This document shows, piece by piece, positions 8,791 to 17,626 of a stretch of DNA of 64,000 bases (the stretch's first letter is position 1; each line of letters opens with the position of its first letter). A program made the position numbers and the translations under genes. Under the pieces are notes generated by a model. That model had not been told where the DNA came from. It did no database searches and was given only the letters and a program-made list of their open reading frames with translations. Location of the stretch: assembly GCA_965204375.1 (NCBI GenBank), contig OZ241986.1, positions 3,840,001 through 3,904,000 on the forward strand, read 5' to 3'. Source of the DNA: Candidatus Latescibacterota bacterium (GTDB taxonomy: Bacteria; Latescibacterota; UBA2968).

Positions 8791-10296
8791 TCATCTGAGA
8801 AGCATGAAGGTTGACAGAGGCAGGCTAACGATTCGGGGATCGTCAATTTCTTCGGCATTGTCCTGTGTGATCAGCAGGCCAAAAGCGGCATTGTTCACTG
8901 ATTTTTCCAGAAATGACCGAATGCCCAGCGTATCCCGTAAGGGATCTATCCTGCGTTGATATTTGATTTCTACCGGCACGCGTTGGGCACCGACGGTCAA
9001 AATGAAATCCACTTCACGGTCTATACCTCGTTCGGGAAAATGAGCGATGTCCAATCCGTGAATCGTCGAGGCAGTTGCGCCGAAAATACTCTCGGCGAGA
9101 TGCCCGGCTAATGGGGTGAGTTCGGGACGCTCTGATAGGGCTTCCGACGTCAATGGAATCTGCTCTTGAAGCCAACTGGCTCGCAATCCGTGATCAACCA
9201 GACAAAGTTTGGAACTCCCCCGCTTTCTTTTAAGACGTATTTCAAGCGGAGGAATCAATCGAAGAAGAAGTGTCTCGCCGAGAAATCTCAAATAGTGCGT
9301 CACGCGCTGACTGCCGATATTTGCGCCGAGCGACAGACGCGCCTCGTCCGCAAGCATTGAAACCGTCGGCGTCTGCCCAGCGTAGCGACAAGCCAGACGA
9401 AAAAGTTCTTCAAGCAGTTGAGGATCTCTCTTTCGACCGCGATCACCAACCCGAAGATCGTGTTGGATCACGCGCTGGATCACGGTTTCGTTCAACTGAT
9501 CTGCAAGCACTGCCCATTCGACATCCTTCTGTTTGTGGACGATGGGATAGCCGCCGCGCTCTGAAAAATGTCGAAACGCCTCATTCCGAAATCCCGTGTT
9601 ATCCTCACCATGAGCACGCAGTTCCCGCCAGAAATTCTTGTCAATCAGAAACCGCAGGCCGTTGTCCTGCAGGAATGGCTCCGGTGCTTCCAACTCGCGC
9701 AACGCACCGATTTCGGTAAGCGAAAGCACCCCCGCCTCAATAGTGTTAATGCGTCCTGCCAGACTATCCCGGCCTCTTTCAATCCTCAGTGCAGAACTTC
9801 CAGTAACGACAACTTTTACCGAAGCATGATCTACGAGAAACTTGAGTTGTGCATGCCAGCCATCCAGATTTTGAATCTCGTCAAAAAAGAGATATGCCTT
9901 CTGCCCATCTCGCGCTAACGCATTGAAACGCGCCCCTGTTATCTTTCGTTCAAACCAGCGGGAAATGGTGAGAATCGGATCCTCTATCCTTTGCAACGAT
10001 GCCAATTCCTCAAACTGCACGCGAAGGATGCTTGTGGGAGGCACGCCTTCGTCGAGCAAATCCGCAATAATTTGAAACTGTGCCGTCGTCTTTCCTACCT
10101 GGCGCGGGCCTCGCACCACGATAATCGGAGCTATCTCTGCATCCAGACGACGACGTATCTGCGCGACCAGATGGCGGCGCGTCCGCGGTTGTGGCGGCAT
10201 GAGATCGCCCTCCCACCACGGGTTCAGATCACGCAAGTCAGCGACCAATTGTGGCGGGAGCCAGCTATCGGCAAAAAGCGAATCCTGACTGCTCAT
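8791..10296 (-). CDS. AAA_14 ATPase with DUF4143/PD-(D/E)XK C-terminus
   Basis: GPRQVGKTT, FFDEIQ, TGSS and EVDFIL...PVEIKY. ATG at 10296 with a GGAGAGAGG RBS. Confidence 0.85.
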   Translation of the reverse strand: MSSQDSLFADSWLPPQLVADLRDLNPWWEGDLMPPQPRTRRHLVAQIRRRLDAEIAPIIVVRGPRQVGKTTAQFQIIADLLDEGVPPTSILRVQFEELASLQRIEDPILTISRWFERKITGARFNALARDGQKAYLFFDEIQNLDGWHAQLKFLVDHASVKVVVTGSSALRIERGRDSLAGRINTIEAGVLSLTEIGALRELEAPEPFLQDNGLRFLIDKNFWRELRAHGEDNTGFRNEAFRHFSERGGYPIVHKQKDVEWAVLADQLNETVIQRVIQHDLRVGDRGRKRDPQLLEELFRLACRYAGQTPTVSMLADEARLSLGANIGSQRVTHYLRFLGETLLLRLIPPLEIRLKRKRGSSKLCLVDHGLRASWLQEQIPLTSEALSERPELTPLAGHLAESIFGATASTIHGLDIAHFPERGIDREVDFILTVGAQRVPVEIKYQRRIDPLRDTLGIRSFLEKSVNNAAFGLLITQDNAEEIDDPRIVSLPLSTFMLLR

Positions 10297-10403
10297 GATC
10301 AATCCTCTCTCCAAAATCTTGCATTTCGACAACGCGAAACTTCGGTTAGCTCCACACCTCGATAATATACTGCAGTACACATCGCTTACCAACCCTCCCC
10401 CTT

Positions 10404-10520
10404 GTCTGAATCAGGATTTACAGGATTTTAGGATAAGCAGGATACCCCTTACCACATCCCACCAAACCTGCCAAACCCTCATCCTGTCCATCCTCCCATC
10501 CTGCCTATCCTGATCCAAAG
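10404..10520. repeat. Inverted pair of ATCCTG-type repeats (potential long hairpin)
   Basis: 10404-10443 (GTCTGAATCAGGAT...CAGGAT) is an inverted relative of 10481-10520 (ATCCTGTCCATCC...ATCCTGATCCAAAG). Confidence 0.75.
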
Positions 10521-11836
10521 TGCCTCCCCTCCTTCGCTGCTTGCCATTGGTCTTCTGTATCAATCTCGGCGCCGGGATCGCCCTGTTGTTTCATCCAGCA
10601 ATCGAGCGCGGCAGACAGGCGTTTCTTCGCCTCTGCGTGTGCGGGATCATCGGCCAGATTATTCAACTCGCAGGGATCCTCATCCATCCGATACAACTGC
10701 TCGGGCGGGCGGCGCATGTACCGATCCACCAAAAACCGCGTATGCTCATTAAACGTCGTATCAAAAACCCACGTCGGCCAGTACTGGTGCCATCGAAACT
10801 GCCCCATCAGATGCTTCTCAATATAGATCGCCTCGGGCGTCAGATTGCGAATATAGTGATACGTACCATCCGTCACCGCGCGGATCGGATAGGGTGGCCC
10901 CTCGGGAATATTATTATGCATAAAATACGCGAACGCCCGATGATCCTCTGCCTCCCCCAAAAGCACAGACATAAAACTCGCCCCATCAAAATCAATCGCA
11001 TCGGAATCACCGCCCGCAGCCTCAATCAGCGTAGGCATAACATCCTCATACTGAATAACCGCATCGGTATATCCCGGCTTCACCACGCCGGGCCAGCGCA
11101 CGACAAAACCCGTATGAACACCCGTATTCCAATTCGTCCACTTGCACCCGGGAAACTGCGACCCCTGCTCAGACGTAAAAATCACCAGCGTATTATCCGC
11201 CTGCCCGGTCTCATCCAGCACCGCCAGAATCTCACCCACCTCCTGATCCAGCACCTCGATCTCCGCCAGGTATTTGGCATAATCACTCCGCGTCTCCTCC
11301 GTATCCGCCAGATACGGAGGCAACTTCAACGCATCCAGATCAAAATGCTCGGGATTGCCCAGCGTCCACGGCGCGTGCGGCTCAAAAAGCCCGGCCACAA
11401 GACAAAAAGGCGCATCCCGATCTTGCGCCACAAACGCGCGAATACCCTCAACGCCAAACTCGGGATCGGGATGTGTGCATCCCCCCTCAATACCCGGCAC
11501 ATACTCAAAAGGAAAACTCTTATTGGGACCCACATGCTTCTTGCCACACAGCCCCACGCGATACCCCAGATCCCCCAGAAAATGCGGAAGACTCCTCGTC
11601 CCTGGACGCGCAGCAGAATGATTCCAGCACGACCCATTGCGCGCCGGGTACAATCCCGTATAAAGCGCCGTACGGCACGGATTGCACATCGCCATAGGCA
11701 AATACGCCCGATTAAAAACCAGACCATCTCGTGCCAACCCGTCAATATTCGGCGTCTGCACATTCTGCCCACCGTACAGCGACAAATCGAGATACGTCGC
11801 ATCATCTGCAATCATAATCAAAATATTCGGTTCCAT
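10505..11836 (-). CDS. Sulfatase (N-sulfoglucosamine sulfohydrolase-like)
   Basis: PNILIMIADD, CNPCRTALYTG (CxPxR) and GKKHVG. Confidence 0.9.
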   Translation of the reverse strand: MEPNILIMIADDATYLDLSLYGGQNVQTPNIDGLARDGLVFNRAYLPMAMCNPCRTALYTGLYPARNGSCWNHSAARPGTRSLPHFLGDLGYRVGLCGKKHVGPNKSFPFEYVPGIEGGCTHPDPEFGVEGIRAFVAQDRDAPFCLVAGLFEPHAPWTLGNPEHFDLDALKLPPYLADTEETRSDYAKYLAEIEVLDQEVGEILAVLDETGQADNTLVIFTSEQGSQFPGCKWTNWNTGVHTGFVVRWPGVVKPGYTDAVIQYEDVMPTLIEAAGGDSDAIDFDGASFMSVLLGEAEDHRAFAYFMHNNIPEGPPYPIRAVTDGTYHYIRNLTPEAIYIEKHLMGQFRWHQYWPTWVFDTTFNEHTRFLVDRYMRRPPEQLYRMDEDPCELNNLADDPAHAEAKKRLSAALDCWMKQQGDPGAEIDTEDQWQAAKEGRHFGSG

Positions 11837-13275
11837 AGCCCCTCCTTTTGCAGCCCCAATCGCACCAGCAACTCTGACGGCGCATCAATAGCGCGCAACT
11901 TTTCAACCATCAAACTCTGCATACGGGCCAGCGCATCCGATTCACTATCGGCGAGATCATTCTCCTGATCGGGATCCGAAGGCATGTGATACAACCGCGT
12001 CTTGTGCTTCTCGGGATGTCGCGCAGGCGTCTGCTTGCTCCGAAGCACATCGGCACCCCAATCAAACTGATTCCGATTCGCAATAATACTCGAATAAGCA
12101 TACACCGGAGGATTGGCCTCATCCACCCCCTGCAACAACACGTACTCCCCATCGGTAATATTGCACGTCCCCGAAAACTGACCGTACAAAATCGCATCGC
12201 GCCCGGGCGTATCCCCATCCCGCAGAAACGGGATCAAACTCTGCCCGTGCAAATTCACCCCATCGGGCACCGCCAACCCCATAGCCTCTACCACAGTCGG
12301 AAAATAATCAACCGGCTGCGCAAACTGCACAGGACGCGAACCGTGACCAAACTCGGGATGCCACACAATCATCGGAATCCGCGTAATCTCATTCCAGAGC
12401 ACCCAGTTCTTTCCCGTACGCCCGTGATCGCCATTGTGCGTCCCGTGATCCGACGCGAGAATAATCATCGTATCATCCATCAACCCCATATTCTCAACCT
12501 GATCGAGAAAATGTCCCACCCAGCGATCCACCATCGTCACCTCACCCGCATAAATCGCCTGCACCCGCTTCAACTCCGCCTCCGTCAAATTGCCATCCAC
12601 CCAATCGTACGGCGCAACCGGATACTCCATCACATCGTCCTCCGAATCATCGTACAACTTCACATAGTGGCGTGGCGGATCCCAAGGCTCGTGCGGATCA
12701 AAAGAATCGATCATCAAAAAGAACTCCCGATCCGCATTGTGCTGAAGCCACCGCGCCGCCCGTGAAAACAACTGCGGTGAAAACCAATCGCGTTCTTCCT
12801 TGCGGATATATTGCGCATTGCGAAAATGCGGTTGCTCGGGCCTGTTATGCGGTGGATAATCCAGCGTCCGATTCTCAAAAACAATATCAGAATCCGTCAC
12901 ATACCGGTCCCGCTCCTGCCCGCGCACAAAATCAAACCCCGAAAACGGACGCCAGTACCCACTGCCCGGATTGCTCGTCCAGTGATGATACACATCCGTA
13001 AAAAAGTAGGACACCTTACCCGCCTCATGCACCGTCCCACCCAGCGTCACATCATCAGGCTCTATACCGCCCCATCCCCGCCACGGAAACTCGTATCGCC
13101 CCGTCGCAATATCCCGGCGACACGGCAACGTGGGATACGAAGCCAAATACGCATTCTCAAAAACCGCTCCCCGCTCGGCAAAACGATCTATATTCGGCGT
13201 GTGAATCCGAGAATTGTCATAACACCCCACGTGATCTCGACGCCAGGTATCCAGCACAATCAGAATAACATTCAT
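11818..13275 (-). CDS. Sulfatase/alkaline-phosphatase superfamily hydrolase with an atypical TxPxR motif
   Basis: NVILIVLDTWRRD, TPNIDRFA, SYPTLPCRRDIATG, DPHEPW and SDHG. Confidence 0.85.
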   Translation of the reverse strand: MNVILIVLDTWRRDHVGCYDNSRIHTPNIDRFAERGAVFENAYLASYPTLPCRRDIATGRYEFPWRGWGGIEPDDVTLGGTVHEAGKVSYFFTDVYHHWTSNPGSGYWRPFSGFDFVRGQERDRYVTDSDIVFENRTLDYPPHNRPEQPHFRNAQYIRKEERDWFSPQLFSRAARWLQHNADREFFLMIDSFDPHEPWDPPRHYVKLYDDSEDDVMEYPVAPYDWVDGNLTEAELKRVQAIYAGEVTMVDRWVGHFLDQVENMGLMDDTMIILASDHGTHNGDHGRTGKNWVLWNEITRIPMIVWHPEFGHGSRPVQFAQPVDYFPTVVEAMGLAVPDGVNLHGQSLIPFLRDGDTPGRDAILYGQFSGTCNITDGEYVLLQGVDEANPPVYAYSSIIANRNQFDWGADVLRSKQTPARHPEKHKTRLYHMPSDPDQENDLADSESDALARMQSLMVEKLRAIDAPSELLVRLGLQKEGLWNRIF

Positions 13276-13285
13276 AAAACACTCC

Positions 13286-13978
13286 TCATGTTAAAACCTC
13301 TTCGACTCTCACCCGCAGATCCGCCACAGAACCACCCGCGGCATTGAGCACCACAGGACCATCATACCCATTCGTCTTGAGCGCGCGGACCACATCGACA
13401 TCATCCTCTCCAATCGCCACCATCCCGATACGCTCCACATACTTATCCACAATCCCAACAGCATGATCAACATCCATTGCATTGAGCCAGACATGCGCGC
13501 GCTCGGGCAGATCGGGCATCAAAGCGTCAAAATCCGCCGTACTTTCTAAACACGTATCCACCCCATTACCCACATTCAACGTCACATCGGAAATACTTTC
13601 AAGCAACGCCTGCACACCCCCCACCAGAGCCTCGCGCGCCTCGCGGGAACGCGCACCACAGAGAAAACTCGCACACCGCAAGCGCAGAGCACGCGCCAGA
13701 TGAACATCCCACTCAACCTGCCGCAAATTAGAACCTGGATCAAACGCGCCCCTGCTATTCACCCCCGTCAAATCGCGCACATGTAACCCCATCAACGCCA
13801 CACCTGCATCGTCAAAATAATCGCGAATCATCCGCACCGAAGCATCGGGATGAAAAGGCGAACTCGCCGTAAACGCACAATGCAACACCATAGCATCAAA
13901 ACCCGCTGCCTTTGCAATATTCAAGGCAGCGGGCAACACAGCTTTTGGACACATAACAGGATCAAAACACAAACGCAA
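13286..13978 (-). CDS. Xylose-isomerase/AP-endonuclease-2 TIM-barrel-like protein, degenerate
   Basis: AALNIAKAAGFDAM and VRALKTNGYDGPVVL. TTG start with a GGAGGT RBS. Usual acidic metal ligands are not evident. Confidence 0.55.
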   Translation of the reverse strand: MRLCFDPVMCPKAVLPAALNIAKAAGFDAMVLHCAFTASSPFHPDASVRMIRDYFDDAGVALMGLHVRDLTGVNSRGAFDPGSNLRQVEWDVHLARALRLRCASFLCGARSREAREALVGGVQALLESISDVTLNVGNGVDTCLESTADFDALMPDLPERAHVWLNAMDVDHAVGIVDKYVERIGMVAIGEDDVDVVRALKTNGYDGPVVLNAAGGSVADLRVRVEEVLT

Positions 13979-14067
13979 ACCAAACCTCCAGAAGTTAAAA
14001 AAAGATTGGGCAGTACCTCTCAGTGAAAGCATCGCCCTTCTACACAACGACTCTTATCTGAGCACAA

Positions 14068-14601
14068 TTAAACATCATCTTCATCTTCAATCACCTCTTG
14101 AGGAGTATTGATCCAATCGACCAAAACCTGTTGAAGGTCGATTTCTGGATTAAAAACCAATAACTCTTCAACACGAGCGGCTCGGAGTAGGCGTTGATCA
14201 GATGCAACCAGTACCAGGTCATCCCCTACATTGCGAAGATGTGTTGCAATCTCCAAAACGGAACGTAACACAACGCCATCAACACTGTTGAGCGAGTGAG
14301 TTTCGATTAAATTCATTGATGCCCAAATAAAAGAATCCGGCACCGAAATCGTTTTGAAATCCGACTGACTATCGATTACCTCATAATCGAGATTAATTAC
14401 TGCTTGAGAAAAATCGCGGTTTGTGATCCGTCCGTCATTCTTCTTACGCACAAAGATCCAAAACACTTCGAGAGCACCGAAAACAGAGCACATCAAGCGA
14501 TTCAAAGGAACATTATCAAAAAGAAAGTTCACTTTATCGCTACCGACCTCTGAGGTATAACGCTTGACAAGTGCGCTGGCATCAAAGTAAAAATGGAACA
14601 C
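14068..14601 (-). CDS. PIN-domain (VapC-like) toxin
   Basis: FYFDASALVKRY..E.GS, LNSVDG and LVASDQRLLRAA. Confidence 0.85.
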   Translation of the reverse strand: MFHFYFDASALVKRYTSEVGSDKVNFLFDNVPLNRLMCSVFGALEVFWIFVRKKNDGRITNRDFSQAVINLDYEVIDSQSDFKTISVPDSFIWASMNLIETHSLNSVDGVVLRSVLEIATHLRNVGDDLVLVASDQRLLRAARVEELLVFNPEIDLQQVLVDWINTPQEVIEDEDDV

Positions 14602-14603
14602 TA

Positions 14604-14927
14604 TTATTCCTCGCGTTCTTTGATAATTGCACTGCTAAACTCGTTATCCTCCCCTCGGATTCCGTTGCGCACCATACGCGCTTGAAGTTCTTCAGCAGGG
14701 ATGGGTTCTCCAGAAATTCCCATCTTTTCACGCATTTCACGGAAAATTTTTGCATGTCGCTTTTTGTTGCGTCCGTAATAGGCCATAACCTCTGTACCGG
14801 TTTTAAAATTCTTAGGAGTTTCTGGAAATAATTCATCAAAAAGCCAGGAAAGTTGCCAACTCGTCTCCTCAACCGTTTTTTCTAATTGATCTAAACGTCG
14901 TGCCAAAGTTTCGGGCGTTTCTGCCAT
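14604..14927 (-). CDS. Putative antitoxin partner of the PIN toxin
   Basis: Small ORF 2 nt upstream of the PIN gene, with an AGGAGG RBS and C-terminal FSSAIIKEREE. Confidence 0.65.
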   Translation of the reverse strand: MAETPETLARRLDQLEKTVEETSWQLSWLFDELFPETPKNFKTGTEVMAYYGRNKKRHAKIFREMREKMGISGEPIPAEELQARMVRNGIRGEDNEFSSAIIKEREE

Positions 14928-14986
14928 GGTAAAAATCCTCCTTTTTATATAACCCAATAGAGGTCACCATCCTACCCTTCACACTT

Positions 14987-15766
14987 CTACATCCCCTCCC
15001 AATACTCCCACATATCATCGGGATCTTCAAACTTCAGATCATCCCAATTCGTCCATCGAAAACGCGTAATAATCGCCATGCGAATCTCATCGCTACAATT
15101 CATACTCGCGCTGTGAACCAAATGACTGTGCCAGATCATGGCGGATCCCGCCGGCCCAGCAATCTCCTCATAATCCGCATCATCCCAATCGAGAATCTCC
15201 AGCGGCCTCGTCGAACGCGGCTCGCCCTCGTAAATCGGCAAATCGTAAAACGTCTTACCCAGACTCACCCGCGAATGCGTTCTAAAATACTCCGCCATGT
15301 GTTTATGCGTCCCCGGCCACACACAGGTACCGCCGCCCTGGGGCTTCACATCATTGAGATACAGCGTAATACCCACCGTCCAATTATTCACAACACCGCT
15401 GCCAAGCCCATGGCCATCCATATGACTGCCTTTGGGACCTTTCCACTCGCCACCCTGTGGAAACCGCAAATTCGCCGACGTAATGGGTGGATGCAAAGGC
15501 GCCAAACGCCCCTTACCAGCCAACTCCTCAACCATACTGTACAGCGGCGAATCGTAAATTAGCGCGTGAAATGCCGCGTGCCCATCCATCCCCTGAGACC
15601 CCTCTTTCCCAACCCACGTAGAAGGATCATTGCGATCCACCGGCAAATGATCCCAGATCACATCTCGCGCGGCCTCCATCTGTTCGGGCGTCACCACATC
15701 GCGTTTGATCACATAGCCCTTCTCCCGAAACACCTCTTTATCATCAACCGTCAAATACGCCATCAC
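14987..15766 (-). CDS. PhyH-family Fe(II)/2OG dioxygenase
   Basis: FREKGYVI, HMD, WPGTH and LVHSAS.N...R. Confidence 0.85.
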   Translation of the reverse strand: MMAYLTVDDKEVFREKGYVIKRDVVTPEQMEAARDVIWDHLPVDRNDPSTWVGKEGSQGMDGHAAFHALIYDSPLYSMVEELAGKGRLAPLHPPITSANLRFPQGGEWKGPKGSHMDGHGLGSGVVNNWTVGITLYLNDVKPQGGGTCVWPGTHKHMAEYFRTHSRVSLGKTFYDLPIYEGEPRSTRPLEILDWDDADYEEIAGPAGSAMIWHSHLVHSASMNCSDEIRMAIITRFRWTNWDDLKFEDPDDMWEYWEGM

Positions 15767-17217
15767 ACGCTCCTTCCATCTGCGATATACCGCTCGACCA
15801 TCTCCCTGAACTCGCGCACAATACCCGGTTCTCTGCCAAACAGATTATAAGACTCAAACGGATCATCTCCCATATGATACAACTGACCCCTTGCCCCCGG
15901 CACAGGACCCGTGCCCGCACACCCATCCACACCGCGTCCCATATCTCCGGAATTATCACAATCGACAATCAACTTCCAATCCCCTCGCCGAATCGAAAAT
16001 ACCCCCATGCAGGAATGGTGTATCAAATCATCCCGCACAGGCTCGTTCTCCTCCATCAACGCAGGTAAAAAACTCGCACTATCTTCCCCCGCATCCTCTG
16101 GAAGCGTCTCCCCCACAATATCCGCCACAGTCGCCATAAAATCCTGCAACCCGACCAGCGCATCGCAAACCGAATTGGGCGCAACAACACCCGGCCAGCG
16201 CGCGATAAACGGCTCTCTGTGTCCTCCCTCCCAGATAAACCCTTTAAAACCACGCCAATCACCGCAAGACTTGTGACCATACGTGCGCCCATTACAGCCT
16301 GGCAACGCCCCATTGTCACTCGTCACAATAACCAGCGTATCATCCGCCAACCCACAGCGATCCAGCGCATCCATCACCTGCCCCACCATCCAATCAAACA
16401 GCGCGACCATATCCCCTCGGGGACCCGCCTCACTCGCACCGCGCAAAAACTCCGGCACACATTCGACCGTACACGGTTCATGCGGCGCAGAAGCCGCCAG
16501 ATAAAGAAAAAAGGGCGTATCTTCATCCTTTGCCCGCTCCTCAATATACGCCACAGCCTGCTCCGTAAAAGCCGGATCCGCCTCCTTGTGGTCCCAATCC
16601 GGAACCATCAACCCGCGCCGCCCACCCGCCATCTCAACCGGCTTTTGCACACTCGGAATACCCACCGTCTGATCCTGATCGATAAAACAATAAGGCGGCT
16701 GCGCCGTCGAACAACCCGACGTCCCGTAAAACCTGTCAAACCCCAGCTCAATCGGTCCGCCCACAATCGGCTTTGAAAAATCGATCTTATCTTCCTCCAC
16801 CGGATCGGGCGATCCACCCGGCCACGGCAGGGGCTGATCAAAATCAAACACCTCGCCATCCTTCACACCCCAACCCAGTCCCAAATGCCACTTGCCAAAA
16901 CACCCCGTGTGATATCCACATCTTTTCAACAAAGAAGCCACCGTCAGGCGCTCGGGTTCAATCAACGGCCATTCGTAATTGAACAACACATGGCTCTTCA
17001 ATTCTGTGCGCCAGCAATAACGCCCGGTCAAAATCCCATATCGCGTGGGCGTACACACCGCCGAAGGCGAATGTGCATCCGTAAACCGCATTCCTTCACT
17101 CGCCAATCGATCCATATACGGCGTGGGGATCTTTGACTGCGGATTATAACATCCCACATCGCCATAGCCCATGTCATCGGCGAGAATATAAACAATATTT
17201 GGACGTGTATTTGGCAT
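15763..17217 (-). CDS. Arylsulfatase
   Basis: RPNIVYILADDMGYGD, CTPTRYGILTG and GKWHLG. Confidence 0.92.
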   Translation of the reverse strand: MPNTRPNIVYILADDMGYGDVGCYNPQSKIPTPYMDRLASEGMRFTDAHSPSAVCTPTRYGILTGRYCWRTELKSHVLFNYEWPLIEPERLTVASLLKRCGYHTGCFGKWHLGLGWGVKDGEVFDFDQPLPWPGGSPDPVEEDKIDFSKPIVGGPIELGFDRFYGTSGCSTAQPPYCFIDQDQTVGIPSVQKPVEMAGGRRGLMVPDWDHKEADPAFTEQAVAYIEERAKDEDTPFFLYLAASAPHEPCTVECVPEFLRGASEAGPRGDMVALFDWMVGQVMDALDRCGLADDTLVIVTSDNGALPGCNGRTYGHKSCGDWRGFKGFIWEGGHREPFIARWPGVVAPNSVCDALVGLQDFMATVADIVGETLPEDAGEDSASFLPALMEENEPVRDDLIHHSCMGVFSIRRGDWKLIVDCDNSGDMGRGVDGCAGTGPVPGARGQLYHMGDDPFESYNLFGREPGIVREFREMVERYIADGRSV

Positions 17218-17219
17218 CT

Positions 17220-17624
17220 CTAACCTCTCATATCGATCCACGGTTCATCCTCCGACACATCGACCAGCACCTCACCATCGAATTTAGCCGGAGACAAAAT
17301 CGCCAGAAAAACCAGATCCTCATCCCCGGCATTATACGTCCCATGTACCATATCCCTCGGAATATGCGCCGCATCCCCCGGACCCAAAATTTGCGAATCC
17401 CTATCCACCCACTGTTCCGCTTTTCCCGCAACCACATAAATAATCTCTTCCATACACGGATGGCGATGAAACGCGTGCGCCTTGCCCGGCGGCATCGTCA
17501 CCCGCACCAGCAACAAATGATCCGCCTCGGTCAACCCCTCCCGACTGATCCACTCGTGCGGACCCCACGGCAATTCCTCCACCTGCACATCGTCTTGCGT
17601 GATAAACCTCAACACATCTGACAT
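17220..17624 (-). CDS. Cupin-domain protein
   Basis: HAFHRHP..EEIIYV..G and IPRDMVHG. Confidence 0.85.
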   Translation of the reverse strand: MSDVLRFITQDDVQVEELPWGPHEWISREGLTEADHLLLVRVTMPPGKAHAFHRHPCMEEIIYVVAGKAEQWVDRDSQILGPGDAAHIPRDMVHGTYNAGDEDLVFLAILSPAKFDGEVLVDVSEDEPWIDMRG

Positions 17625-17626
17625 AG

